64,000 nt of DNA, from positions 9,905 to 73,904 of the forward strand of contig JALTLO010000017.1 of assembly GCA_027001995.1 (NCBI GenBank), given 5' to 3'. Numbering within the stretch: the first letter of the stretch is position 1; the number at the start of each line of letters is the position of its first letter. Under the pieces are notes generated by a model. That model was given only the letters and a program-made list of their open reading frames with translations. It was not told the DNA's origin and did not search any database. Shown in pieces: positions 19,521 through 30,205 of this stretch. A program made the position numbers and the translations under genes. The DNA comes from Planctomycetota bacterium (lineage in GTDB: Bacteria; Planctomycetota; GCA-002687715; DRQF01).

Positions 19521-22400
19521 ATGTTGTGGCAATTCGAGATATGCGCCCGATCCGGGCAAGTTGATCCCTATGCGCATGAAATCGAGCGCGATTTGGCTTG
19601 GTTAGAACTGGAAAAGGCGGCTCCAGTTGAGTTAACGCGGCTTTATCTACTAGGCGGAAAATTGGACAAGAAGAAAGCTATGGCCCTTGGCACGGCCCTT
19701 CTCGTCGATCCCATCGTCCAGAAAATGACTGTGGCGAAACACAGTGAAGCCCCGGAATCTGATGCCAGAGTGGTCACCGTTTGTCGCAAAGCTGGTGTCA
19801 CGGCTCCAGAAGAGGAAAGTCTCCGGCGGGCTGCCAAAAGGATGGACATCGAACTGGACGAGATTCGCACCGGCTATCGGTTTCGATTCTCGGAGACGAC
19901 AACCACCGAGGAGATTGAACGCATCTCCCAGGCCCTCTTGGCCAATGGTGTCGTCGACGACATTCAAGTCGGTTCCGCCAGGCTCCCAGCTCACAAGACC
20001 CCTGCGGGGACAAAAAATGAACGCACAGAAATCCCCCTGCCTGAAGACGATGACGAACTCTTAGCCATCAGCGTAAATTTGGGTTTGGCCCTGAACTTGG
20101 TTGAGATGCAGACGATTCGCGGACATTTCTTCGAACTCGAACGCAACCCCACCGACATCGAGTTAGAGACTTTAGCTCAAACTTGGTCAGAACACTGCAA
20201 GCACAAAACTTTCGGCGCTGTTATCGATTTTAATGGCAAGACCATCGACAACTTGATTAAGCAAACGATCTTCAAGGCGACAAAAGACTTAGACCGTGAT
20301 TTTTGCGTTTCGGTTTTCACCGATAATGCGGGGATCGTACGTTTCGACGACCAATACAATCTCTGTTTCAAAGTCGAGACACATAACCATCCCAGCGCAA
20401 TTGAACCCTATGGCGGAGCAGGAACAGGTCTGGGGGGAGTCCTCAGAGACATCTTAGGAACAGGCTTGGGGGGAAAACCTGTGGCCAATGTCGATGTCTT
20501 TTGCGTCGGCGATCTTGAGGCTCAAAGGGAGGATCTACCTATGGGTGTGATCCATCCCCTGCGGGTTCTTAAAGGTGTTGTGGCTGGAGTGCGGGACTAC
20601 GGCAACCGTATGGGAATCCCCACTGTCGCTGGTGGCGTTTGCTTCGATCCACGTTACACCGGCAACCCCTTAGTCTACGCCGGTAGCGTCGGCCTCATTC
20701 CTGTTAATCGATGCGAAAAAGAGGCCCATCCCGGTGACAAGATTGTTGTCTTCGGGGGACGCACCGGTCGAGATGGAATTCACGGTGCGACCTTCTCCAG
20801 CATGGAATTGCACGAGGAATCGGAGTCCGTCGATGGTGGCGCCGTCCAAATCGGTGACGCCATCACAGAGAAGCGCGCCATGGACGTCTTGATTCAAGCC
20901 CGAGATCGCGGTCTCTACCGGGACGTGACCGATTGCGGTGCTGGAGGCTTCTCATCAGCAATCGGCGAAATGGCAGAGAAAATCGGTGCTCGAGTCGATC
21001 TTGACACAGCTCCATTGAAGTATCCGGGTCTTTCCTATCATGAGATTTGGATCTCCGAAGCCCAGGAGCGCATGGTCGTTGCATGCCCGCCTGAAAACTT
21101 AGATGACATGTTAGCGCTCTGCGCCAGTGAAGACGTGGAAGCCTTCGTCCTGGGGGAGTTCACCGACACAAAACGTTTGGAAATCATGTTTGAAGGTCAG
21201 CAAGTCGCCGACTTAGACCTGGAATTCCTTCACGATGGACTCCCTCGTCCCACCATGAAAGCCACGTGGACGGCTCCCCGCCGCCAGAACCTAAGAGGCT
21301 TCCGTGGGCCTGGTTGCCACGAGACCATCAGGACCCTCTTGGCTGACCCCAATACCGCCAGCAAAGAATGGATCATTCGCCAATATGATCACGAAGTGCA
21401 GAGTACAAGTTGTGTCAAGCCACTTGTAGGAGTGGGAAGCGATGGGCCTTCGGACGGCGCTGTCCATGCTCCGGTCTTAGGTTCAAACAAGGGATTCGCC
21501 ATCGGCATGGGAGTCAACCCTTTCTACGGCGACATCGACCCCTACCACATGGCCCAAGCCGTCATTGACGAAGCCCTGCGCAATGTCGTTTCCGTTGGCG
21601 GCGACCCGGACCAAACATCAATCCTCGACAATTTCTCTTGGGGAAATACCAACAAACCCGACCGATTAGGGGCTTTGGTACGGGCCTCCCAAGGATGCTA
21701 TGACGCGGCCATGTCTTTGGGTTTGCCATTCATTTCCGGCAAAGACAGCCTCAATAACGAGTACGCCACCAAGGACGGGACCATCGTAATCCCCCACACT
21801 CTTTTGATCAGCGCCCTTTCCATTGTGGAAGATGTGACCAAATCGGTGACGATGGACCTTAAAGAAGCGGGCAGTAACCTCTATCTGATCGGTATGACCG
21901 ACGCTGAATTAGGAGCATCCTCCTATCTCCGCAATTTGGACTTACGGGGCAACGAAGTTCCTAAGCTTCATCCTCGGGCCATCGAGATTCATCGCCTTGT
22001 CCATCAAGCCATCCAAGATGAACTACTTCTCTCATGCCATGACTGCTCTGAAGGGGGTTTAGGAGTTGCTGCTGCCGAGGCTGCCTTCGCCGGCGACCAA
22101 GGATTGGAGATCGACTTGGCGAGAGTCATCACCCGTGACACCCGTATGCGGGACGATGAGATTCTCTTCTCTGAGTCCTTAACGCGATTCTTGGTCGAGG
22201 TTAACCCAAGCAACGCAGCTCGTTTCGAAGCACTGATGGAAACCGTCCCTTGCGCGGCCATTGGACGAACCATTGAGCTAGGACATTTTCAGGTCCGAGG
22301 GATCTCCGGCCTTCATATCATCGATGATCCCTTGAAAGAACTCCGCGACATTCACAAGTACAGCCTCACCGAGATTCTGGAGGGCAATGAACATGCCTAA
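19521..22400 (+). CDS. purL: Phosphoribosylformylglycinamidine synthase PurL
   Basis: QTWSEHCKHK, KVETHNHPSAIEPYGGA, DCGAGG, QYDHEVQ, HDCSEGG. Confidence 0.96.
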   Translation: MLWQFEICARSGQVDPYAHEIERDLAWLELEKAAPVELTRLYLLGGKLDKKKAMALGTALLVDPIVQKMTVAKHSEAPESDARVVTVCRKAGVTAPEEESLRRAAKRMDIELDEIRTGYRFRFSETTTTEEIERISQALLANGVVDDIQVGSARLPAHKTPAGTKNERTEIPLPEDDDELLAISVNLGLALNLVEMQTIRGHFFELERNPTDIELETLAQTWSEHCKHKTFGAVIDFNGKTIDNLIKQTIFKATKDLDRDFCVSVFTDNAGIVRFDDQYNLCFKVETHNHPSAIEPYGGAGTGLGGVLRDILGTGLGGKPVANVDVFCVGDLEAQREDLPMGVIHPLRVLKGVVAGVRDYGNRMGIPTVAGGVCFDPRYTGNPLVYAGSVGLIPVNRCEKEAHPGDKIVVFGGRTGRDGIHGATFSSMELHEESESVDGGAVQIGDAITEKRAMDVLIQARDRGLYRDVTDCGAGGFSSAIGEMAEKIGARVDLDTAPLKYPGLSYHEIWISEAQERMVVACPPENLDDMLALCASEDVEAFVLGEFTDTKRLEIMFEGQQVADLDLEFLHDGLPRPTMKATWTAPRRQNLRGFRGPGCHETIRTLLADPNTASKEWIIRQYDHEVQSTSCVKPLVGVGSDGPSDGAVHAPVLGSNKGFAIGMGVNPFYGDIDPYHMAQAVIDEALRNVVSVGGDPDQTSILDNFSWGNTNKPDRLGALVRASQGCYDAAMSLGLPFISGKDSLNNEYATKDGTIVIPHTLLISALSIVEDVTKSVTMDLKEAGSNLYLIGMTDAELGASSYLRNLDLRGNEVPKLHPRAIEIHRLVHQAIQDELLLSCHDCSEGGLGVAAAEAAFAGDQGLEIDLARVITRDTRMRDDEILFSESLTRFLVEVNPSNAARFEALMETVPCAAIGRTIELGHFQVRGISGLHIIDDPLKELRDIHKYSLTEILEGNEHA

Positions 22401-23175
22401 CGCAAAAGTTTTGGTACTTCGTGCCGCTGGTGTTAATTGCAATGAAGAAACAGCCTACGCCTTTGAAGTGGCAGGGGCGGAAACAAAGCAGATTCACATC
22501 AACCAACTGCTGGAAAACCCAAATCTGGTGGATGAATTTGCTGCCGTCGCTCTGCCTGGTGGTTTTTCCTACGGTGATGACATCTCAGCCGGACGCGTCT
22601 TAGCTGTTGAGCTAGACACCCGTTTAGGAGACGTCTTAAGGCAACTCCTCCAACGGGGTGGTCTCATCTTAGGAATCTGCAATGGCTTTCAAGCCCTTAT
22701 TAAGTCCGGCCTCCTCACCGGACCAGAATCCAAAGAAATTTCGAATTCAGCGACGTTAGTTGAAAACGAATGCCACCACTACGTTGACCGTTGGGTAACG
22801 CTCAAGGCAAACGGCAAGAAATCACTTTTTGTCGACGGCGATGGGACATTGGAGCTTCCGATCGCGCACGCTGAAGGGAAATTTGTAGCTGCTGATGACG
22901 GGAGTCTTGATTCTCTCTTCGCCGCAGACCGAGTGGTGTTTCAATACACAGATCAGACTGGCTCAGAGACCACAGAGTTTCCCGCTAACCCCAACGGCAG
23001 CCAAAGAGGCGTCGCAGGAATCTGTGATGAAACAGGACAGGTCTTAGGGCTCATGCCACATCCGGAACGATTCATCTTCCCATGGCAGCACCCCCAATGG
23101 ACCCGAGATAAGTCGAGAACAAATTGTGATGGCATGTCCATTTTTCACCACGCAGTCAAGAACCTCAAAGCTTAG
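22387..23175 (+). CDS. purQ: FGAM synthase glutaminase subunit PurQ
   Basis: PGGFSYGDD, LGICNGFQ, NPNGS, GLMPHPER. Confidence 0.96.
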   Translation: MNMPNAKVLVLRAAGVNCNEETAYAFEVAGAETKQIHINQLLENPNLVDEFAAVALPGGFSYGDDISAGRVLAVELDTRLGDVLRQLLQRGGLILGICNGFQALIKSGLLTGPESKEISNSATLVENECHHYVDRWVTLKANGKKSLFVDGDGTLELPIAHAEGKFVAADDGSLDSLFAADRVVFQYTDQTGSETTEFPANPNGSQRGVAGICDETGQVLGLMPHPERFIFPWQHPQWTRDKSRTNCDGMSIFHHAVKNLKA

Positions 23176-24193
23176 TTCCTATGCGATCCCATTGTTGGAC
23201 GTCTTTCTCCTAACAACTCTTCTGTGGTCTTGCGGTGCCCAAAGCGACACGAAAGATTCCACCAAGCCATCGGAGCGGGATTTCGCTAAAGAGCTTGTGC
23301 AGCTTTCCATTCGTCTCGAGACATGTGAAAAATGGCGGGGTGCGACAGTGGAAGACCCTTTCTACCAGAAGACCTCCGTCGAAAAACACCTCAAAGCTCT
23401 TCAACATCGGGTGAATGGCGACCGTAACGACATCATTCTCTTAGCCAAATATCACCAACAGGCCGTCGAGCAAGGATTGTCAAACGAAGAGCAGATCAAA
23501 CACAAAGGAACAACGCTTCAAGGGGTTGAGAAGCGGATCGAACAACTCGAATCGGCCATGAAAATCTTTGAGACTTGGCAGAAGAGAGACGGTGTCGACT
23601 TCGACCGTGTCTGGTCAAATCAAATTCAAATCAATCGAATCAGCGGCCGCTTCGTCAAGTTGGGAATCAAAGATGTAGAGGGCCAAGCAAAAATGCGTGA
23701 CCACAGCTCTCGCTTACGCGATGCACGACGCTACTGGACCGACGAATTGACCAACGCCATGCGCGGCGCCCAGGTGGACGGAAAAATGGTCGATCTGGCA
23801 AGAGGCACACGCAAGGCAATCGAGTCCGCCATGGAGAACATGACCAAAAAGTATCGCGCTGCGGACGCCGACCAAAATAGCCTGATTCAATGTGCTCATT
23901 CGATCCAAGGACGAATCAACTGGGCAGAAGAAACACTCAAACGTGCTCCCAAAGACGACCCATGGCGAATAGAAGCCGAAGAAAAATTATCCGCCTTCAA
24001 GGAAGCCTGGAACAAACACGCGGCGGACTCTGAAAAAGCGGCTCTTTCAGTCCTCGACCGCAGCGCAGAAATGCGACAGATTCGCAAACAAGTGCTCGCT
24101 GAGGGTGTCACGTTGGTCAACCAAATCAACGATGCCTTTATTCCAATGGCCCGCAAGCGGGGATGGCCAATACCCCGTGTCAAACGGAATTAG
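23126..24193 (+). CDS. Hypothetical helical/coiled-coil lipoprotein (start uncertain)
   Basis: Lipobox LWSC; long helical charged ORF. Confidence 0.65.
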   Translation: MMACPFFTTQSRTSKLSSYAIPLLDVFLLTTLLWSCGAQSDTKDSTKPSERDFAKELVQLSIRLETCEKWRGATVEDPFYQKTSVEKHLKALQHRVNGDRNDIILLAKYHQQAVEQGLSNEEQIKHKGTTLQGVEKRIEQLESAMKIFETWQKRDGVDFDRVWSNQIQINRISGRFVKLGIKDVEGQAKMRDHSSRLRDARRYWTDELTNAMRGAQVDGKMVDLARGTRKAIESAMENMTKKYRAADADQNSLIQCAHSIQGRINWAEETLKRAPKDDPWRIEAEEKLSAFKEAWNKHAADSEKAALSVLDRSAEMRQIRKQVLAEGVTLVNQINDAFIPMARKRGWPIPRVKRN

Positions 24194-24279
24194 AAACAAG
24201 AGCCGGCGGCTTTCCTTTGGGTTGGGCAATGATCCTGATGATTTTGGGCTTGAGCAACGATTGAGCTACCACGCCCACC

Positions 24280-26259
24280 TCACTGCACCGCCGCTACCGT
24301 CTCCTCGAAGGCGAATTTCTCCCAACCATCCACAAGCTTGCGCTCATTGTCGTCCCGTCGGGTGAGCCCCTTTTTGTCGAAGTACTCCAGTAGAGGGATC
24401 ACATACTTTCGACTTGCCCCAATAATCTCTTTGAAGTCCACGGGCGTCACGCTACCAACTGAAATGATTCGCTCGACCAAGAGTTTCTCCGCTAGCATAA
24501 CCCCATCCAAGTGCAGAGCTAAATCGGGCGTCAATGAAACCAGCCGCCCCATTTGAATCAGCCATTGCATAAGGGCTTTCACCTTTTTTTCCGGCTTTCC
24601 TAATTCGTTCACAATCACAGATTTTATCGGAGCCTTGAAAGGCTCTTCCTCATGCATCCTTTCGATGATGATCACCGCTTTCATGTCTTCTTTAGAAAGC
24701 CCCCCCCGGAAATCGTTGTGTCGCATTTTCCCTGCACCGAGCAAAGTGAACTTACCCCTGTTGACGAGTTCCTGGGTGACCTCTTCGACCACAGCAATTT
24801 CAAGTTTCGTGGCTTTCACAATCTGAGAATTCTGGAAACCAGCGGAAAGGCCCTCGGCTTCATGAAGATCCATCACCGCTTTATCAACTTGTTTGATTGC
24901 CGAGCGGAACATATCCAGGTGAATCCAACTTTTCCCCCGTTCCAATGGACGCAACCTGCCAGAACTGACAAGCTTCGCGACTTCTGCCTTGGTCTCCTCA
25001 AGGGACAACTTCAAAGTCGTTGCCACTTGACTTGCAGGAACAGCTCGCTTGCCTGCACTCCGAACGACATATTCCAAGTATCCCAGGCGATCGTCCAAGT
25101 GCGCTTCTTTGTTCTCGATATTCTCATTTAACCATGTGCGAAATCTCTTGAATTTCCATTTGGTCTCACCCAAAATTTTGCCGCCACCCAAGGTCACAAC
25201 TGGACTCGCTTGCCGAACAACAAAAGGATCACCGGCAGCGCAAACAACTGGCTCTTCCAAACGAATTTGGACCAAAACGTGCTCCCCAGGCAATGCCACT
25301 TTCTTGTCGAGAAGAATGAGCGTCCCACCGATATCCACGGTGCCTAGGTGAAAGCGCACATGGACACCATTGCGAAGTGGTTGAGAAAAATGATCCAAGT
25401 ATTGCAATCGCGCTTCTAAGAATTGGGCGGAGGTGAAGAATCCGCGGGTGGCGATCACATCTCCTCGTTCGACCTCTCGATGCTTCACATCTGCAATGTT
25501 GAGGGCCACTCGATGTCCAGCATGGGCTGACTTTGCTGGCTCATGATGGACCTGAATGGCGCGGACCCGGGTAGACAGTCCCTTTGGCAAGATTTCCAGC
25601 TCGTCCCCCACATGAACATGCCCCGATAGAGGCACACCCGTGATCACGGTACCGTGACCGCGAATCGAAAAAGACCTTTGGATGGGCATGCGAAAAACGC
25701 CGGCCGTATTTCTTTCAGGCAAATCCAGCAGCGCTTTCTTGAGAGCAGCATTCACTTCAGGAATACCCACTCCCGTGGTATTGGAAACACAATAAACCGG
25801 AGCGTCTTCCAAAAACGTCCCAAGCAAGAACTCCTCGATGTCTTCCTTCACCAAAAACAGGAGTTCATCGTCCACAGCGTCCGTCTTTGTGATGATGGTC
25901 ATGCCACGATCGACACCCAGAATTCTCAGAATCTGAAGATGCTCTCGGGTTTGAGGCATGACACCATCGTCAGCGGCAATCACCATGAGGACGAAATCAA
26001 TCCCCGTTGCACCTGCAACCATGTTGCGAATGAACTTTTCATGTCCCGGGACATCAATGATGCCAGCAGTCAGTTTGTCGTTGACCTGGAATTCCGCGTA
26101 ACCAATATCAATGGTCATGCCTCTTTCCTGCTCTTCCTTCAAACGACTAGGATGGCAACCGGTCAACCGTTCAATCAAGCTGGACTTACCATGGTCAATG
26201 TGTCCTGCCGTCCCGACCACCAGGCTGACAACTGGAGACTCAACATGATCATCTGACAT
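24280..26259 (-). CDS. selB: Selenocysteine-specific translation elongation factor SelB
   Basis: [28 protein letters not shown] and C-terminal winged-helix [13 protein letters not shown]. Confidence 0.95.
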   Translation of the reverse strand: MSDDHVESPVVSLVVGTAGHIDHGKSSLIERLTGCHPSRLKEEQERGMTIDIGYAEFQVNDKLTAGIIDVPGHEKFIRNMVAGATGIDFVLMVIAADDGVMPQTREHLQILRILGVDRGMTIITKTDAVDDELLFLVKEDIEEFLLGTFLEDAPVYCVSNTTGVGIPEVNAALKKALLDLPERNTAGVFRMPIQRSFSIRGHGTVITGVPLSGHVHVGDELEILPKGLSTRVRAIQVHHEPAKSAHAGHRVALNIADVKHREVERGDVIATRGFFTSAQFLEARLQYLDHFSQPLRNGVHVRFHLGTVDIGGTLILLDKKVALPGEHVLVQIRLEEPVVCAAGDPFVVRQASPVVTLGGGKILGETKWKFKRFRTWLNENIENKEAHLDDRLGYLEYVVRSAGKRAVPASQVATTLKLSLEETKAEVAKLVSSGRLRPLERGKSWIHLDMFRSAIKQVDKAVMDLHEAEGLSAGFQNSQIVKATKLEIAVVEEVTQELVNRGKFTLLGAGKMRHNDFRGGLSKEDMKAVIIIERMHEEEPFKAPIKSVIVNELGKPEKKVKALMQWLIQMGRLVSLTPDLALHLDGVMLAEKLLVERIISVGSVTPVDFKEIIGASRKYVIPLLEYFDKKGLTRRDDNERKLVDGWEKFAFEETVAAVQ

Positions 26260-26635
26260 TAATCCATCCTTCTTTCGTTGCCCCCTGCATTTCAAGCTGA
26301 CCACCCTGGCCAACTCACATCCCACCAGAGAAGTCGAAAAATCTCGTCCAAAGAAAAGGACTCAGGGCCAAGATCATACCGATTGATGAGCTTCTCGCCC
26401 CGTATATTCCAGACATCAAAATAGCCCATTCCGGCAAAACCCTTGATCCATAGGGGCTAACAAGGGGCTCTGGTGAGATTCCCCTAAATCGGTAAGCTAA
26501 GAGGAGCAGTGTTTGAGACGACAATCCCGGCCCAACCCCTTGACGATGGGCTGATTTGTCGGTGAAAAGGGATGCATTTCGCCCTTCCGAGAAACTGCCA
26601 GGGAAGAAACAGGTTTATTGCGAGTTTTCATTCGA

Positions 26636-27841
26636 ATGGACAACTTGAGCGACAATCTCATCGCCGGCCCCATGCATGCGGCCATCAAATCCGCCTCCTG
26701 GATTCGACAGATGTTTGAAGAAGGAAACCGACTAAGAGAGGAGGTGGGTGCGGAGAATGTTTTCGACTTCAGCTTAGGTAACCCAAGTGCTCCGCCTCCC
26801 AAAGAATTCCAAGACGCCCTGATCCATGCGGCCAAAGAATCAACGCCTCAAGATCATCGCTACATGACCAATATCGGGCGCTTGGACACTCGCCAGTTCA
26901 TGGCCGAATCCCTCCAGGATGTTCATGGTCCCGGGTTAAACGCAGACCACGTGATCATGACTTGCGGAGCTGCGGGGGGGCTCAATGTCTTCCTAAAATC
27001 CGTCCTCAACCCAGAGGACGAAGTCATGCTTCTCAAACCCTACTTTCCGGAATATCTCTTCTACGTCGGAAATCACGGGGGAAAGACCGTCTTTGTCGAC
27101 ACGGACGAGGACTTTCAACCAGACCTGGAGGCCATCAAAGCCTCACTCAATGAAAAGTCACGGGTGCTCATTCTCAACACGCCGAACAATCCTTCTGGTG
27201 TTGTCTACTCCAAGACCGTTGTCGACCAAATCGGCAGCATCATCGAAGACCACGCTGAGAAGATCGGTCGCCCGGTCTACTTGGTCATGGACGAACCCTA
27301 CCGAAGAATTCGCTATTGCGATGAACAACATCCCAGTGTTTTGCAATCTTGCCGTTTTGGCATCGTCATCTCGAGTTTTTCCAAAGAACTAGGACTCGCA
27401 GGAGAACGCATTGGTTTCTTGGTCTATAGTCCGCAATTGGAAAGCCCTGAAACCTTGGTCAGTGCCATGAGCGTGGCAACACGAACCTTAGGATTCGTCA
27501 ACGCTCCAGCTTTCATGCAAAGAGTTCTCTTGGAGTGTGCCACTGCCTGTGTGGATCTAAGCCAATACAAGCTCCATCGGGATATGCTCTACCAAGCTCT
27601 CACGGAATTCGGCTACAAAATGCCTCGACCTGACGGCGCCTTTTTCTTGTTTCCCAAGGCTCCTGGAGGAGATGATCTGGCTTTCTTAGACGTTCTGAGA
27701 AAATTCCATGTGCTTTGTGTCCCGGGCCGGGGATTCGGGACTCCAGGTCACATTCGTATTTCCTACGCAGTTCCCACTGAAACAGTTGAAAGAGCCATAC
27801 CCCTGTTCAAGAAAGCAATCGACGCCCAAAGAAATTCATAG
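26636..27841 (+). CDS. PLP-dependent class I aminotransferase (aspartate aminotransferase-like)
   Basis: FDFSLGNP, NTPNNPSG, DEPY, SFSKELGLAGERIG. Confidence 0.92.
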   Translation: MDNLSDNLIAGPMHAAIKSASWIRQMFEEGNRLREEVGAENVFDFSLGNPSAPPPKEFQDALIHAAKESTPQDHRYMTNIGRLDTRQFMAESLQDVHGPGLNADHVIMTCGAAGGLNVFLKSVLNPEDEVMLLKPYFPEYLFYVGNHGGKTVFVDTDEDFQPDLEAIKASLNEKSRVLILNTPNNPSGVVYSKTVVDQIGSIIEDHAEKIGRPVYLVMDEPYRRIRYCDEQHPSVLQSCRFGIVISSFSKELGLAGERIGFLVYSPQLESPETLVSAMSVATRTLGFVNAPAFMQRVLLECATACVDLSQYKLHRDMLYQALTEFGYKMPRPDGAFFLFPKAPGGDDLAFLDVLRKFHVLCVPGRGFGTPGHIRISYAVPTETVERAIPLFKKAIDAQRNS

Positions 27842-27850
27842 AGTTTTCCC

Positions 27851-28546
27851 ATGAAGCAGCAACATTTGTTCATCGATGCCGATGACACTCTATGGTCCAA
27901 TGCCGTTCTTTTCGACAACGCTCTGGAAGATTGGCTCAACCTCATGGAAACCCATGGAGCCAAAAGAAACCAAGCTCACTTGCTATTCACAGAGCTGGAA
28001 AGCCGGGGGTTTCGAAGGGGTTGGTATGGCAGTAGACGTCTCGCGATCAACATGAAAGCCGCTGCCAGAAGACTATTGGGCCAAGACATGGTCAGAGGAG
28101 TTCCTCCGCTGATCGACCAAATCGTTACACGGGTTAGCCACCCGGACGTCCTCATCTTCGATGGTGTTCATGAAACCTTGGAGACCCTCTCCGAACATCA
28201 CACACTATTCTTGGTCACTATGGGCGAAAAGAGTGAACAACTCGGCAAGATTAAAGGAAGCGGCTTAGGGAATCATTTTGACGCAATCCACGTCCTCGCT
28301 GACAAGACCCGCAGCACTTACACAGAGTTGCTCCGCCTGCACAAATTAGCCCGCAGATCCACCTGGATGATCGGAAACAGCTTGGTGAAAGACATTCGTC
28401 CCGCCAGCGCGGCCGGCCTCAGGACTTGCCACTTAGACCACGGCCACGACTTCAACTTTGGCCAATCCACCCATGGGATCCAACCGGATTTAGTCATTGA
28501 AAACTTCCCCCAGTTAAAGCTTCATTTCGCCGGGGAATCACCTTGA
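27851..28546 (+). CDS. HAD family hydrolase
   Basis: DADDTLW motif I; MIGNSLVKDI motif IV variant. Confidence 0.88.
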   Translation: MKQQHLFIDADDTLWSNAVLFDNALEDWLNLMETHGAKRNQAHLLFTELESRGFRRGWYGSRRLAINMKAAARRLLGQDMVRGVPPLIDQIVTRVSHPDVLIFDGVHETLETLSEHHTLFLVTMGEKSEQLGKIKGSGLGNHFDAIHVLADKTRSTYTELLRLHKLARRSTWMIGNSLVKDIRPASAAGLRTCHLDHGHDFNFGQSTHGIQPDLVIENFPQLKLHFAGESP

Positions 28547-28547
28547 T

Positions 28548-29615
28548 TCACCGGATGGGTTGCAGCCTGGAAGTGTAGCCCAAGTAGTCTTTGTAACCCC
28601 GAAGAAAAACTGCAAATTTCTGTTCCGCACCCAAGACTTCGGCATCGATAGACCAGCCAGACTTTCGGCTCTTCCTTTTCGCCAATTGCCTGAGCTTCGC
28701 CTCCAGCCCCACCAAGGAAACGGCGCAATCTTTACCAGATTCTTCATCCAGGTCGTGAACTTCCTGAGCCGCTTCCCGCAGCAAACCACTGTCAAGGTCA
28801 TTTAGGTTGTCATAAACAAGTATGAGGTTGGGGCGAGCGCGATAGAGAACGCGACAGGTCTTACCGAATTCCCCAAAATAGAAAGCAGCTACGGCGAGAA
28901 AACAGACTACTGTGGTGAACACAAGAACCCATGTCGTACTTTTTTGAAGCATCAATCGCCTCAACATGTTCGGCCTACTTTGATGCCATGCCTGAGCAAA
29001 GAGAAGCCCAGTAAAAAGCCCTCCCATGTGTCCACCGTTATCGATATTGCTGCTCGAGAATCCGATAGCCACATTGATCATGAGACAAAACATCAATTGC
29101 CGATTGATGTGTTCAGCTCCCGGAGTTTTTCTGGACCAATAAAGAAGAAAACCAAGAATGCCAAAAAGAGATGTGGAAGCTCCTACGGAACCCGGAACAC
29201 TCCACATGAACTGCCCTTGGTGACTGTAGTACTTCCAGCCAATACTAAGCAACGATCCTCCAATCCCGGCGAGAAGATAGAGAGATAGAAAGCGGTGTGC
29301 CCCTAGGATTTTTTGGGTGTATGGTCCCAATTGCCAGAGGAAGTAACTGTTCATCAAGATGTGAAAAATGCCGCCGTGCAGAAATGTCGCCGTGAGTATC
29401 CGATGCCATTGTCCGGCGAGTATGAGGTGAGTCTCACTGCTACCCAAAAGATAGAGAGACTCGCCAGAGGGCCCGAATTCACCTTCCCGTACATCGGCGG
29501 AATCGGTGATCAAGAGGCTCAGGGCGAAGTACGCCAAATTGATGATGAGAATAACGACGACCCAGTTGGGTTCGTTGTATTGCCAATAACGTCGTATCTT
29601 TTGAATTTTGTTCAT
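28548..29615 (-). CDS. Rhomboid family intramembrane serine protease
   Basis: WHRILTATFLHGGIFHILMN, catalytic GAS, NGGHMGGL. Confidence 0.92.
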   Translation of the reverse strand: MNKIQKIRRYWQYNEPNWVVVILIINLAYFALSLLITDSADVREGEFGPSGESLYLLGSSETHLILAGQWHRILTATFLHGGIFHILMNSYFLWQLGPYTQKILGAHRFLSLYLLAGIGGSLLSIGWKYYSHQGQFMWSVPGSVGASTSLFGILGFLLYWSRKTPGAEHINRQLMFCLMINVAIGFSSSNIDNGGHMGGLFTGLLFAQAWHQSRPNMLRRLMLQKSTTWVLVFTTVVCFLAVAAFYFGEFGKTCRVLYRARPNLILVYDNLNDLDSGLLREAAQEVHDLDEESGKDCAVSLVGLEAKLRQLAKRKSRKSGWSIDAEVLGAEQKFAVFLRGYKDYLGYTSRLQPIR

Positions 29616-29654
29616 AGTTGACCTGACACAGGGTGTCACAGGGCCAACAGAACT

Positions 29655-30044
29655 TCAACGCATGATGGCGGCAAGATAGCGGAAAAGTTGTTGTTTCGCT
29701 GCCCCCTCAATGCCAGTGAATTGGACTCCCGTCGGAAAAGGGCCTTCCGCCCGGTCGGCGACTGTCCAAGCGACCTTGCACTTCAAATCGAGCGCTGGCT
29801 GAGGACTCGCCGCAGAATCCTGTGCTGGCAGCTTAATGACGAAGGAACTTGGCATCGGGAATTCGATGGGGGCATCAATCCGTGCCCCACCCAAACCGAT
29901 GTTGCGGACTAGCAAATTCCCCTTCATTTGACCGTCCGCCGATTCGAATTCTCCTCGTACATCGCAGGAAAGTCGAAAATGCTTCCGGCGACTCATATCG
30001 AGGGCCAATCGTTCTTCAGCTTCAGTTTGCAATGCTTCGGACAT
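29655..30044 (-). CDS. PilZ domain protein
   Basis: RRKHFR (RxxxR) and NIGLGGA (D/NxSxxG-like) motifs. Confidence 0.85.
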   Translation of the reverse strand: MSEALQTEAEERLALDMSRRKHFRLSCDVRGEFESADGQMKGNLLVRNIGLGGARIDAPIEFPMPSSFVIKLPAQDSAASPQPALDLKCKVAWTVADRAEGPFPTGVQFTGIEGAAKQQLFRYLAAIMR

Positions 30045-30205
30045 CGTTTCACTCCAGGACAATCATCAAGGCCACAACCTGAGGTCGGGTTTGTGCGCCG
30101 CTATTGTCCTATCGGGCTCTCAGCCCTTGAGCCTAAACGATTTATGCCCTGATTCGAATAATAATGCCCCCAGATTGGGTGCGAGCGGTAAGAGGTCCGG
30201 GAAAG

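Noticed and set aside
26260..26635. tRNA-Sec (selC) next to selB
   Set aside because: No UCA anticodon arm or tRNA-like fold recognisable.
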